From: Trypethelium eluteriae
Lineage: Eukaryota
Length of the DNA: 45,023 bases
Assembly (NCBI GenBank): GCA_051942245.1
Contig: JAVECL010000139.1
Coordinates: 1-45,023 of the forward strand
Reading direction: 5' to 3'
Shown: positions 11,718 to 21,201 of the stretch, one piece after another
Layout: each line of letters starts with the position of its first letter
Position numbering within the stretch: the stretch's first letter is position 1
Translations under genes and position numbers: made by a program
Notes under the pieces: generated by a model
The model's input: only the letters and a program-made list of their open reading frames with translations
Databases searched by the model: none
What the model was told of the DNA's origin: nothing

Positions 11718-13571
11718 TTAAATCAGATGTATATCTATACAGTTATCCTCCTCAAAAGCTCCGCCGAACATTATTCCATGGATAAATGCAGAACCTATCA
11801 AGTGCCATCTGCCATTCTGACACGGACGAATGACAAACGGTCTGGCCCCACCTTTAAAGAGGACAATCTCATCTCCAACTAAAGAGTACACGTCGTTTTC
11901 CGCGGTGAAGTCAGGCGCTGGGAATAAGCCAAAAAGATCAGAATCCGTCCGACCTGGTACCCATCCATGGCGTGAAGCATCTGGAGGCCCATCCGGTATT
12001 TGGACAGCAAATCCCCCCCGGAAGGCTCTGATCAAGATAACGAATGTCATGGTTACCATCAGCGGACCTACGATTGGCCAGATAGCGAACCAAGGGAGCC
12101 GCTGCAGGATATTCCTGCTATACCAGTCCAACACCGTCGCAGTCAGCTCCAAGAAACGAATTGCATCCGTGAATTGGCGGGCCTTGTCTGCCTCTGGAAA
12201 GACAGCACCTAAGCGAAAGAGTGTGCAATAGAAGACTTCAATCAATGGCTCACCAGTCAAGTACTTTTCGGTGTCCGGCCTAACACACCCAATCCTTGGC
12301 AGTCGTGCCACATCCCGCCAGTTCTGGAATGTTTCGATGGCCTCGGTCGCGATATCGAAAGGTCGTTTGGTCGTCAGAACTCCAGGCCAATACCTATGTC
12401 GTAGATCTCGAGCTGTTGGGACTTGGCGACCAAGCTCGGCGATGCTGCCGATGATCTTCCCGGAAACGACAAGTTCCCGGTCTTCCAATAATTCTAATCG
12501 GTCTATGAACGTCTCCTGACTGGCGGAAAAGACTTCTTCCTGAGTAACGAAGCTGCCAGGATTGTCCACTACCTGGTCTATTGAGGACCAGTCAGGAACC
12601 CAGGATGGTAAATCAGGAATACCAGATGCTTTGGTTCTTTGGAAGCAGTCGAGGAATACATCTACTTTTTTCTCACTTCTGATGATGCTCACTACCGCGT
12701 TTTGATAGACTATTTTCGCGGACTTAGTATAGTCCGGTTCGACTAGGCTTGGCTCCTGTAACAGTCCTTCTACACTGTAGATCTTATCCAGGATTTCGGT
12801 GGCTCCGAAGGGCTGGAAGCTCCGCAAAGCTTCCCGTAATGAGAATCCAGACTTCTTCTGAAGTTTCTCCCGCGCCAAGTCCATAGTAATCGGAAAAAAA
12901 GCCGGATGAAAATGCCTTGCATCTGGAGAGTCAAAGGGATTGAATTGAAGCCTCCGATAGTGCACCAACGAGATATACTCCATCAACTGGTGCCAACTGA
13001 TTAGGGACTTTCCACACTGTACCCGGACTTTCGGAGCTAGTGCAACTTCTTGTATGATCCAGACCCGCCGAAACCAAGGACGGCGCAGAAATTTAATCAA
13101 CTTTCTTGGGTACGATTTTGATTGCTTCTGGATCTCGCCGAAGACCTCTTCACTGTTATCATCGCTTTCTCCGAGCCATGCTATAACTTCTGTGCAATTA
13201 GAGAATATCGCCTTCATTAGAGGGACTTGTTGCTTCTTCTCTTCCACGTTGTTTTGGTCAATGGAGATGGCGTCAATCCAGAAGACCCGCTCAATTGTCT
13301 CACGACGCAAAGCCCGTAGCGCTGATAAGAGATTACTTTGCACTGTGATCTCGAACATCAGCTCGTTCTGATGTATGAGTATCTTCTCCGAGCTCGTTTC
13401 ATAGCCCCAGTAGTAGGAAAGCGCCTCATATTGTGGCTTGTCGCTAATTCGAGCAGCCTGGATGTGGCATACGACCCGGCTTTGGCTCTCTTTAGTGGGC
13501 TCGAGAGTCAAGAGTCGTATTCTAGTGCCATTGTCACCAAGTGGAAGAGCCTCGTACAATGGCGATGACAT
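11718..13571 (-). CDS. HET-domain (HET-6-like) heterokaryon incompatibility protein, 617 aa
   Basis: IRLLTLEP, YEALSYYWG, FWIDAISIDQ, EKKQQVPLMKAIF, RPWFRRVWIIQE, DKIYS, LPSWVPDW and C-terminal GDEIVLFKGGARPFVIR...LIGSAFIHGIMFG. First ATG at 13571. Confidence 0.92.
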   Translation of the reverse strand: MSSPLYEALPLGDNGTRIRLLTLEPTKESQSRVVCHIQAARISDKPQYEALSYYWGYETSSEKILIHQNELMFEITVQSNLLSALRALRRETIERVFWIDAISIDQNNVEEKKQQVPLMKAIFSNCTEVIAWLGESDDNSEEVFGEIQKQSKSYPRKLIKFLRRPWFRRVWIIQEVALAPKVRVQCGKSLISWHQLMEYISLVHYRRLQFNPFDSPDARHFHPAFFPITMDLAREKLQKKSGFSLREALRSFQPFGATEILDKIYSVEGLLQEPSLVEPDYTKSAKIVYQNAVVSIIRSEKKVDVFLDCFQRTKASGIPDLPSWVPDWSSIDQVVDNPGSFVTQEEVFSASQETFIDRLELLEDRELVVSGKIIGSIAELGRQVPTARDLRHRYWPGVLTTKRPFDIATEAIETFQNWRDVARLPRIGCVRPDTEKYLTGEPLIEVFYCTLFRLGAVFPEADKARQFTDAIRFLELTATVLDWYSRNILQRLPWFAIWPIVGPLMVTMTFVILIRAFRGGFAVQIPDGPPDASRHGWVPGRTDSDLFGLFPAPDFTAENDVYSLVGDEIVLFKGGARPFVIRPCQNGRWHLIGSAFIHGIMFGGAFEEDNCIDIHLI

Positions 13572-14271
13572 CCTAGCATATTGACTCAAGAATGGTGTCG
13601 ATTCTTCTGCAGGCCAAAATACATCGTGGTAGCTGATCAAGGGGCCTCCGTTGGCTCACCTCTGGCGGCAAATGGACACTGTAGGGCATACGATTCGGAT
13701 TAGACAAATTGAAATAGTCGCTGCCAGGGGGTTCTAGTGTGGATGAAAGACACATGCTAAATTCGAGCTTATGAGGCTATCTGAGTGACTGGAGACGTCT
13801 GTTCGATGGTCTCAGCGAACTCAGAACGGTGGGATGAGAGCCAGGCTGCTGCGGCCCTGGGCACGCTGGGCTGAGAGAGCTGAGAGAATCGGACGAAGTC
13901 GGAGGTCGGAGGTTCCGGCAGAGTTTCGGCCTTCCTTCCGCAGGCTTCAGTTCTCACAATCAATCATGCTTGCTACAATACAATCGACTCATCCGCCCTG
14001 TAGCTACAACAGCCGGAGTCCAGCAAGGCGAAATGTCTGGGTACTGCCTGATTCTCTAAAATGGCAGTCTATGGACATATCATCCCGTATCTATCACGTG
14101 TCGTCCAGTATGCATCGCGTCTTAGCGCGACATCTTGACGCGCCGGACGACGCCACGCGCCTTGGCTCACCAATTTCGTAGAAAAGGAGTTTAACCTCCA
14201 GTACAAATGTAAGCAACACCTTCGACTGTCTCCAAGTCCACGCTCAACACCTTCTCCTACCAATCGTTGTA

Positions 14272-14955
14272 ATGCCATCACTACTCTCCTTTGGCGCATT
14301 CCTCCTTCCCCTCCTTCCTGCAACCCTCGCCCAATCCTCCTCCCGCGCATTCTTCTTCCTCGACGGCTTTGACTCCCAACCCCTGGCCGCCTCCGTTATA
14401 ACTGCCGACGCCTCCACCACCTCCTTCCAACTCGGCTGCCCCTCCAGCGTTTCCGCTAACGACTGCGGCGTCGACCCCCCTATAACCGTCGTCCACATCC
14501 CCGGTGCCGACGAACAGGACATCTGGAAAGCCAGCATCAGCCCTCCAGGCGAATCATGGACCTTCTCATACAGCTGCAGCGTTGGGCATGGGACGCAAGC
14601 GGTTTGCGCGGAGAGCAATGGAGGGCAGGAGGCGAATTTCCCGGGGTTGAGTACGACGACTTATGAGGGGGCAAGTGTGCAGGATATGTTCTTGCCGGTG
14701 ACGATCACGGCGGGGTTGGAGAAGTTGGCAAGCGCGACGGGGAGTGAAGGTAGTAGCAATACGATGACGAGCGGGGGCGAGACGGGAACGATGACAAGTG
14801 GGAGTGCGACGGGAACGGTGCCGGCGAGTACGGGGAAGGGGGCGACGTCTGCAGGAAGTGCCACGCCTACTGCGAAGAGTAGCGGTAGTGAGCGGCTGAG
14901 GATGGGGTGGGAAGCTTGTGCAGTGGGGTTTATAGGGTTGTGGATGTTGTTATAA
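14272..14955 (+). CDS. Secreted Ser/Thr-rich, probably GPI-anchored cell-wall protein, 227 aa
   Basis: Signal peptide, small Cys-containing domain (ASVITADASTTSFQLGC; LPVTITAGLEKL), S/T/G-rich stalk and hydrophobic C-terminus after SSG. Confidence 0.88.
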   Translation: MPSLLSFGAFLLPLLPATLAQSSSRAFFFLDGFDSQPLAASVITADASTTSFQLGCPSSVSANDCGVDPPITVVHIPGADEQDIWKASISPPGESWTFSYSCSVGHGTQAVCAESNGGQEANFPGLSTTTYEGASVQDMFLPVTITAGLEKLASATGSEGSSNTMTSGGETGTMTSGSATGTVPASTGKGATSAGSATPTAKSSGSERLRMGWEACAVGFIGLWMLL

Positions 14956-15330
14956 CAAGGCGAATGTATCGAAACTGCATAAAAGCAAGCATATGGAGGT
15001 AATTCGTTGGACCACACAAAGATTCAACGCCCAACATCTCGGATTTTTAGAGGATGATCTTTATCCAAATTCTCCAGAAATTCCAGAATTGTACTATCTT
15101 TAAACTGTAATATAGCACTAATGAGCCAAATGCTCAACAGTACACACACCTTCTTCCAGATCTCGAGATGAATGCTGTTTCAAGAACTATCCTTAACGGT
15201 GAGAAGAGCTGCAAGGTCTTTTCCTAACAGAACAGCAAGAGTCACAGGTACCGACTAGGTACAACCCTTTCCATTTTCACTTTTGGACATGAGCCGTTAG
15301 AGTAATAGTCATGACGGTGCAAGTGTACAC

Positions 15331-15424
15331 TACACTTGGGTTGCACTTGTGCTAGCTTGAGCTAGCTTGACCTAACTTGAGTTAACCTGAGCTGACTTGA
15401 GTCTGCATGAGTATCGCCTGAGTG
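15331..15424 (+). repeat. Degenerate 10-bp tandem array 1 (about 9 units, consensus GCNAGCYTGA)
   Basis: gctagcttga gctagcttga cctaacttga gttaacctga gctgacttga gtctgcatga, strict 10-nt period in the core. Confidence 0.85.
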
Positions 15425-15471
15425 ATATCGGTGTATCGATTGAGAATCCCGTTATAAGGTAGTGTTAGAGA

Positions 15472-15616
15472 TGTTGAAGGAAGCCGCACCTGAGACTTCG
15501 GGTGGATATTACCTCACTGGTAATAACGCATGGCGTTACAATCCACCTTCTCTCCCTCTCTGTAACTTAGACCTTGATTCTACACAGTACAATCAACTCA
15601 CTTTCATACTTCAATA
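15472..15616. mobile_element. Probable solo LTR (145 bp, Copia-like termini) with RIP-like mutations
   Basis: Starts TGTTGAAG and ends CTTCAATA (a perfect inverted end would be CTTCAACA). Flanked by AGAGA and GGAGA, a 5-bp TSD with one mismatch. Both mismatches are CpA>TpA or TpG>TpA. Confidence 0.65.
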
Positions 15617-15877
15617 GGAGAATCATTGTGTAAGATGGACACGAGATCGGAAGCAATTCCACCACGCACGGCGATACTTAGCTCGGTTCAAACTTTCGCT
15701 TTTAGCGATTCGTCAAGTCATAGAAACATTACATATGTGTCTTACCATAAGATTCGATACCGAGCCAAGCTCTTTAATTCTCTATATGATGATGGCAGGT
15801 TAAGTCAATTCTCTCAGGTAATCTAGTTGTCTCTACGCAGTCGCTATCTTAACCCAGTCCTCCTTTTCAGCCGTATA

Positions 15878-17026
15878 TTAGTCGACCTTTAGGCGAGACT
15901 TGATGGGGAGCGAGGCAATCGCAAACTGCAAGACCATAAAAGCCTGAATAGCCGCCGCCGAAAACGACAGTAAACCGCTCCAAATCATTGATACATATAA
16001 GTACACTAAGATCGAAACAGTGGCGCAGACAATCCCGAGAACTGTAAACGTGTAAGCCCAGCGTTTCGCATGCGAAGCGGGCCAGTTCCAAGTTGGATAC
16101 ACGGCAGTAAAGATTCCGAGAATGTTCATAGCAGAGCTCTGGATCAAAAGGTAGAAATCAGCGTCCTTTGTGGAACCCTTGGTGCTAGACGACAGTTTCC
16201 ACGCTATACCCATAGGTACAAAAGCTGCTAGTATGGTCAAGCAGACTACGGCGATGAGAGTGGATGGCAAGCTCTATTAATGGTAAATGACAAGCAGATA
16301 TAGGGTATGCTCTAAACAACTTACTTTTGGTTGATCAGGATCTGGATCTACAACTCTTTTCACCTTTTTGCCTTTTGGGAGATAAATTTCATAAGAAGGT
16401 TCATCGAAACCTTTGGCGTAGTCGTAGGGGTTTGCGAACATTTCAAGAACCTTGACTTTATCAAAAATTGCATCGCTCACATCATCCAATTTCCGAGCTC
16501 TTAATTCATCATCTACTTTGTCCAATTCTCGAGCAGCAATATCTCTCTGCTGAAGAATATCTGCGGATAATACTTTCCCATCATACGACTCTTGCCCACC
16601 ATGGCCTTGTGAAAGGTCGCTTATGCAATTGACGCCATTTTTCCAAAGATGGAGATACGTTGTATCGGCCAGAACAGAGAATACATTCTTAAGATCGTGA
16701 TCGGGAGTTTCGACCGCTTGTATAGCCGATTCGGTAGACTTTTTAAGCACTTCAGCGTCTTCTTCTTCAAAATGACATTGCCACCACCTCTCGGCTCTGT
16801 TTTTCCTCTTGACTTCATGATGAAAGTAGTCCCAGTTGCTTTTAGCATATGGATGCAGTGACTTATTCGCAAGATAAATGGCAGTTACAATCAAAGTCAG
16901 GGACGTCTTGCAGCTTTGAGATAGTCCGTCTGGATACAATTAGTTTTGCTATTTCATGTAGTACTCGGTCGGTATACCAGCTGTCCAAGGCGGTAGTATT
17001 TGAGCTCGCTGTCGATGAGGGGCCAT
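15878..17026 (-). CDS. Uncharacterised protein, 349 aa: soluble N-terminal ~218 aa plus C-terminal 4-TM module. Exons 17026-16978, 16929-16325, 16273-15878
   Basis: Introns 16977-16930 (GTATAC..CTAAT..CAG) and 16324-16274 (GTAAGT..TAG) join three ORF pieces in frame. The last exon has four hydrophobic segments. Confidence 0.75.
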
Positions 17027-17740
17027 CGCACTAGAACTTTCTGCTTTGTTAGTATCAGGGCGTGTTACAGAAGCGGGATCAGGGACAATTCTTTAAAAGA
17101 GGAGATTGAAGCTGCCTACGCGGCGAGACCGTGACAGAAACAGAGGCGTCATAGGGCAGTGTTGAGTTAGGCAGCGAGGCTGTGCCAGACACAGTAGTAT
17201 TGTGTGGCAGTGCTGAGCTGGGCAGGAAACCCAGAAGGCATCTGACGGGGTGTTACGGAAATTTATGAAATCTTAACTATTACGGGGTCCCCACACGACG
17301 GTAATATATATATGAGTTGCGTAAATTGTATTCCTGAGTTTTGGGGGGAGATAATGTGGTTGATGGTGGCGTTGCAGTGGGGCAGATCGCTATCGTGGCC
17401 TAGAACTATTTCTCATCGGAGGAAGTCAAAGCGTTAGCGGAAGAAAAAGTAGGATGTCCCTTAATATGAGTAGATTTATCAAGTTTAGGGATAAGGATTT
17501 ATCTGATGGAATTCTAGAGTAACCTTTATCCGCGGCGCACAGTATCCTGCATCTTGATGCTTAGCAGTATGTTGAGACAGACTTCTGCAAACCATGAGAT
17601 TATAAATCGAGGTGCCTGGATAGGGTTATTATCCCTTTGTGCAAAGCTAATGCTTTTGGAAAATGCAAGGCTATGTTATTGATATAATTATGTGGTATAG
17701 CAACTCTGGGGTGCATTACTTGAACCGAACAGGCACTGAA

Positions 17741-17880
17741 CATGTACTGAGTAGACCCAAGCAGACCTGAGCAGTACCAAAATCTACCCAAGTTAAGCCT
17801 GACGCTGCCTAAGCCAGCTTGTGTAGACCTAAAACAAGGCTGAGCAGCCTGAGCATCGATTGAGCCGATATTAAGCCGGG
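17741..17880 (+). repeat. Degenerate 10-11-bp tandem array 2 (about 12 units), related to array 1
   Basis: Units gtagacccaa, gcagacctga, gttaagcctga, gccagcttgt, gtagacctaa, gcagcctga. Contains ATCGATTGAG near its end, as also seen just after array 1. Confidence 0.65.
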
Positions 17881-18090
17881 GGCTTAGACCGCTACTGTAG
17901 ACTTAGCTGACTGCTAACCTATTTAGGTAATGGACGTGGCAATCTTTACCTGAGGAAACAGCAAGAGCCACGTATCGACAAGGTACACCTATCTTCGTTC
18001 CCACTTGCAGACCTGAGAGATTACCTAGTGAGCAACCTGAACTATGGTGGTATAACTATATACCGCTGAGTTTTAGTAGACGTGTATAGA

Positions 18091-19246
18091 GTAAGTAATG
18101 CTTTTTATGCCCGATCTTAACGAAGATATATTGCAAGCTCTGTTGACTTGTTTGCATATTATACGCAAATGGCTATATGTTCCTGATGGAGTATCTCAGG
18201 GGCACATTGAGTGAGTCTTTTTTAACGAATTTTCATATTGACGGACTCAGAGCGGAGCCTTCATAATTCTCCTGGAAGAACAGCCCAATCACCACAGGTG
18301 TTTCCTCAGGTAACGGTGACCACTCTCGGTTACCCACGTAAGTGCGCACAACATCAGACTATCCAGCCACTGATCACGATTTTCAGCTACTCTCTAAGCA
18401 TCTAGTGTTCTGGGAGTAGGTACGATGAGAGCAGGTGTCTTGGGACTTCAGAAATCCTAGGAGAAGGCGTCTTGGGACTATAAGCATCCTGGTAGAAGCA
18501 GTTCCGGGACCCGTATCCTGGTAGTGAATTGGGAGATCTACTTCAGCTTGAGATGCCACTGAAGAGCCTGCAGTAAGAGCTAATCCACAATTCCACATTA
18601 TACTCTACGCTCCCTTTTTTTTTCATACCCATTCGGTGACCGAGTCTTCAATTGAGCCTATTCTCAGGAACTGACACTACGCAATTAGGGACGACCATGG
18701 CAGCCCGAAAGAGTGTCAGCCCTGCCAAAAACCACTGCTACAGCCTGCAAGTAATTCCTTTCTCGTCAAATCGCACACCGATTCCTCATAGGAGCCTGCT
18801 TGCATGAATCTGCATCCCGTACGGCTTAGCCTGCTCATGATTGCACCACCACGAGCTCTGTAAAATTAGATACTCCCTCCAGATATACTACTCACTTTGT
18901 CTTATCATGATCCTTGCTGACGCTTTCACTCTCATAGTTCCATCGTGAGGTCAGCTAGCAGGTGGTCCACGGCAGCAGGTGCTAACAGGATGCTCAGGAT
19001 ATCCTATGCCAGCGGAAGGATCTCGAGGACTTGATCCAGGATGCGATTTGCTCGCTCCAAGACCACACTTAGCGACTTTGACGCAGCCGCAGCCGCGGCA
19101 GCAATAGGAACGATGCTACCGTCCAGGGCGCTGGTGAAGACTAAACGCCCCCAAGATACGCACCTCGAGGCAAGAACAATCCGTTTTCACCGCGATATGC
19201 TGTCAAGCTCATCCTCAGTCTCGTGACGGCATTAGCCGCTCTCTAA
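18091..19246 (+). pseudogene. Possible decayed multi-intron gene or spliced non-coding transcript
   Basis: Run of intron-shaped segments (18211-18250, 18338-18386, 18751-18791, acceptor GCTGAC..TAG ending 18937). Candidate frames are broken mostly by TAA/TAG. No family recognised. Confidence 0.3.
18433..18525 (+). repeat. Three-copy degenerate ~32-bp tandem repeat
   Basis: AGGTGTCTTGGGACTTCAGAAATCCTAGGAGA / AGGCGTCTTGGGACTATAAGCATCCTGGTAGA / AGCAGTTCCGGGACCCGTATCCTGGTAGT. Confidence 0.7.
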
Positions 19247-19298
19247 AAACTATGACCAGTCCAGACGCTATTCTTGTGAATACACGTGACCATCTTCT

Positions 19299-20237
19299 TC
19301 AGCTGTTGTTAGCCACCTTTCGCCGCTGGCGCCAAGCTTCAGTAAGATCGTCGTATCCGTGAGCTTCAAGTGCTTTCTCCATCTGCGTGCGAAACAATTC
19401 TGGGATCGCATTGGTTGACTCATCAAGATCAAAGGCCCACGAGGCCCTGAACTTCGTCCTGATCCAAGACTTGGGGAAGAACCCGGCTAGCTCAAAATCA
19501 ACAATACCGACCCGTCCTGTTAGAGGCGCGTCCTCAACGAGGATGTTCGTTGGCGCTAGGTCGGCGTGATAAAAGACACAATCAGAACAGTCCATACCCA
19601 AGTCTGCACAATTTGCCCGCAGGTTCTCTGGTGTATAATCCCTCTTGGCTCTGGGTACCAACAGCCAGTTTTCAAGAATACCTTGACCATCAACGCCACC
19701 AAGGCTCCCTTTCCACTGTGCCATCTCTTGAATAATACGCACGATTTCGCCGATGTCCTTTTGCTGCCAGTAACCATCCAACATGGGCCAAATCTTGAAC
19801 AACGTTTTTCCGGGAATCCTTCGAAGAAATAAGTAATTGCGATCGTGGTCAAACGCATGATACAAAACTTCTGGCGTCATGAAGCTAGGGCCTTTCCCTT
19901 GGACGTATTGGAGAGTAGTCGATTCAGGAGTGATGCCGGGTAGTGTATATCGAGCTTTGCAAATAACGTTATTCCCTATTCTCCAGACAGCCGAAGCATC
20001 GCCAGCTTCATGGATTAGCGAGATATGAGGGCTGTCGACATCCTTGGTCGCAACAGGCAAAGGTTTACGAGCAACAGCTAATAAGAAACTGGAGCCATCG
20101 TCGTCGTTCCACGTTGCAAACTCAAAAAACTCAGGAAGTCGTCGTAGGATCAGGTCCCCGATAAGCCAAGTATTATTGTCTATTGTTTTGAGTGATTTGA
20201 GGATGTGCTGATCACCGAACTTGCGAACATCAGCCAT
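19299..20237 (-). CDS. APH/choline-kinase-like phosphotransferase (kinase-like fold), 312 aa
   Basis: Brenner motif FYHADLAPTNILV, metal-binding GIVDFELAGF, ESTTLQYV...PEVL and RIPGKTL. Intronless ORF. Confidence 0.9.
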   Translation of the reverse strand: MADVRKFGDQHILKSLKTIDNNTWLIGDLILRRLPEFFEFATWNDDDGSSFLLAVARKPLPVATKDVDSPHISLIHEAGDASAVWRIGNNVICKARYTLPGITPESTTLQYVQGKGPSFMTPEVLYHAFDHDRNYLFLRRIPGKTLFKIWPMLDGYWQQKDIGEIVRIIQEMAQWKGSLGGVDGQGILENWLLVPRAKRDYTPENLRANCADLGMDCSDCVFYHADLAPTNILVEDAPLTGRVGIVDFELAGFFPKSWIRTKFRASWAFDLDESTNAIPELFRTQMEKALEAHGYDDLTEAWRQRRKVANNS

Positions 20238-20502
20238 ATTGCTTATGCAAAATTCAGTTCGGAGAGCGAGATCGGAAGACGTTGTCCACCGAAAGAAAGG
20301 AGTGTGGCACAGTACTCTTGTGCCAAGGCTTTTCGAGTCCTTCCCAGCACGTCAGTTTCATTCCAGCAGGGGAGATTCAAAGGAAGGAAAGGGTCAGATA
20401 AAATAGGGTCAGATACATCTAGCTGGATTTGCTATCAAGCATTGTTTATTTCAAAGTCTGAAATGTACCGTAGATGTGTAGTAGGTGCTGAGAACAATAC
20501 TT

Positions 20503-20604
20503 ATATACCCGAGCCGAGCCAGCCTGAGCTAGCCTGAGCAAGCCTGAGAGGAGGCTGAGCTGCTAGAACATAGATTTAGGCGAAGTTGAGCCGGTGACTT
20601 TGAT
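20503..20604 (+). repeat. Degenerate 10-bp tandem array 3, related to arrays 1 and 2
   Basis: gccagcctga gctagcctga gcaagcctga gaggaggctga gctgctaga. Confidence 0.8.
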
Positions 20605-20680
20605 TGCCTCTTTTAGTCTAGCATCGATCCAACCCATCAAGGTAATAAGTGTCGTCGTTTCCACCTAAAAGAAACAAGGT

Positions 20681-21150
20681 TTACGGCAAGCTCAAGAGCA
20701 GTTCCAGAAGCTGCAACAACGAAGATTGGCAACAGTCTAATAGCGTAAGATCTACAAGCATACATGGGGTCAAAAATCAATGACATTGACTTACCCTTAT
20801 ATAGTCAGGAGTTCCAGACCAGTGACGGGGTCTCAACCTTCAGCGGCAGAGAGTCGCTGGACTCGCACTTGAGATTCGATTCATTCTTGATGTCATTGAA
20901 AAGGCTCGCCTGTGAGTACAACGTTGAATTAATAATATCCGGAAGGTCATTCTCCGCCGTCTGCCGCTCCTGATTAATAACAATGATGAACGACACCCAG
21001 ATCGGTGCCGCCCATCTCGTGCGCATGCCACCTGCAACAAGACAACTTCTATTGTCAATCTCGGCAAAGAACAAAGGAGAGTCCCGAGCTCACTCGAAAC
21101 TTCCGAGCTGGCAAAGGAGTTGAAACCAAGAGGTCATACTGCAGAGATGG
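20681..21150 (+). pseudogene. Possible decayed spliced coiled-coil ORF downstream of array 3
   Basis: LRQAQEQFQKLQQRRLATV** then intron GTAAGA..TTGAC..AG (20745-20808), then RVPDQ*RGLNLQRQRVAGLALEIRFILDVIEKARL*VQR*INNIRKVILRRL. The stops could derive from CAA/CAG/CGA by C>T. Confidence 0.3.
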
Positions 21151-21201
21151 TATATCCTATCTTTGCCCAGCGTAGAGCTCTAATATTCCACCATATGTCT
21201 C

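Noticed and set aside
15561..15733. Alternative solo-LTR boundaries TGTAA...TTACA
   Set aside because: Only a 5-bp inverted match and no TSD; the 15472-15616 model fits better.
17063..17360. Further LTR-like starts (TGTTACAG..CCGTGACA, TGTTACGG, GGGGGGAGATAATGT polypurine tract)
   Set aside because: No matching TSD or second terminus could be established; suggestive only.
15331..20604. Arrays as CRISPR or telomeric repeats
   Set aside because: Eukaryotic context, no unique spacers, no cas genes, and the unit is not TTAGGG.
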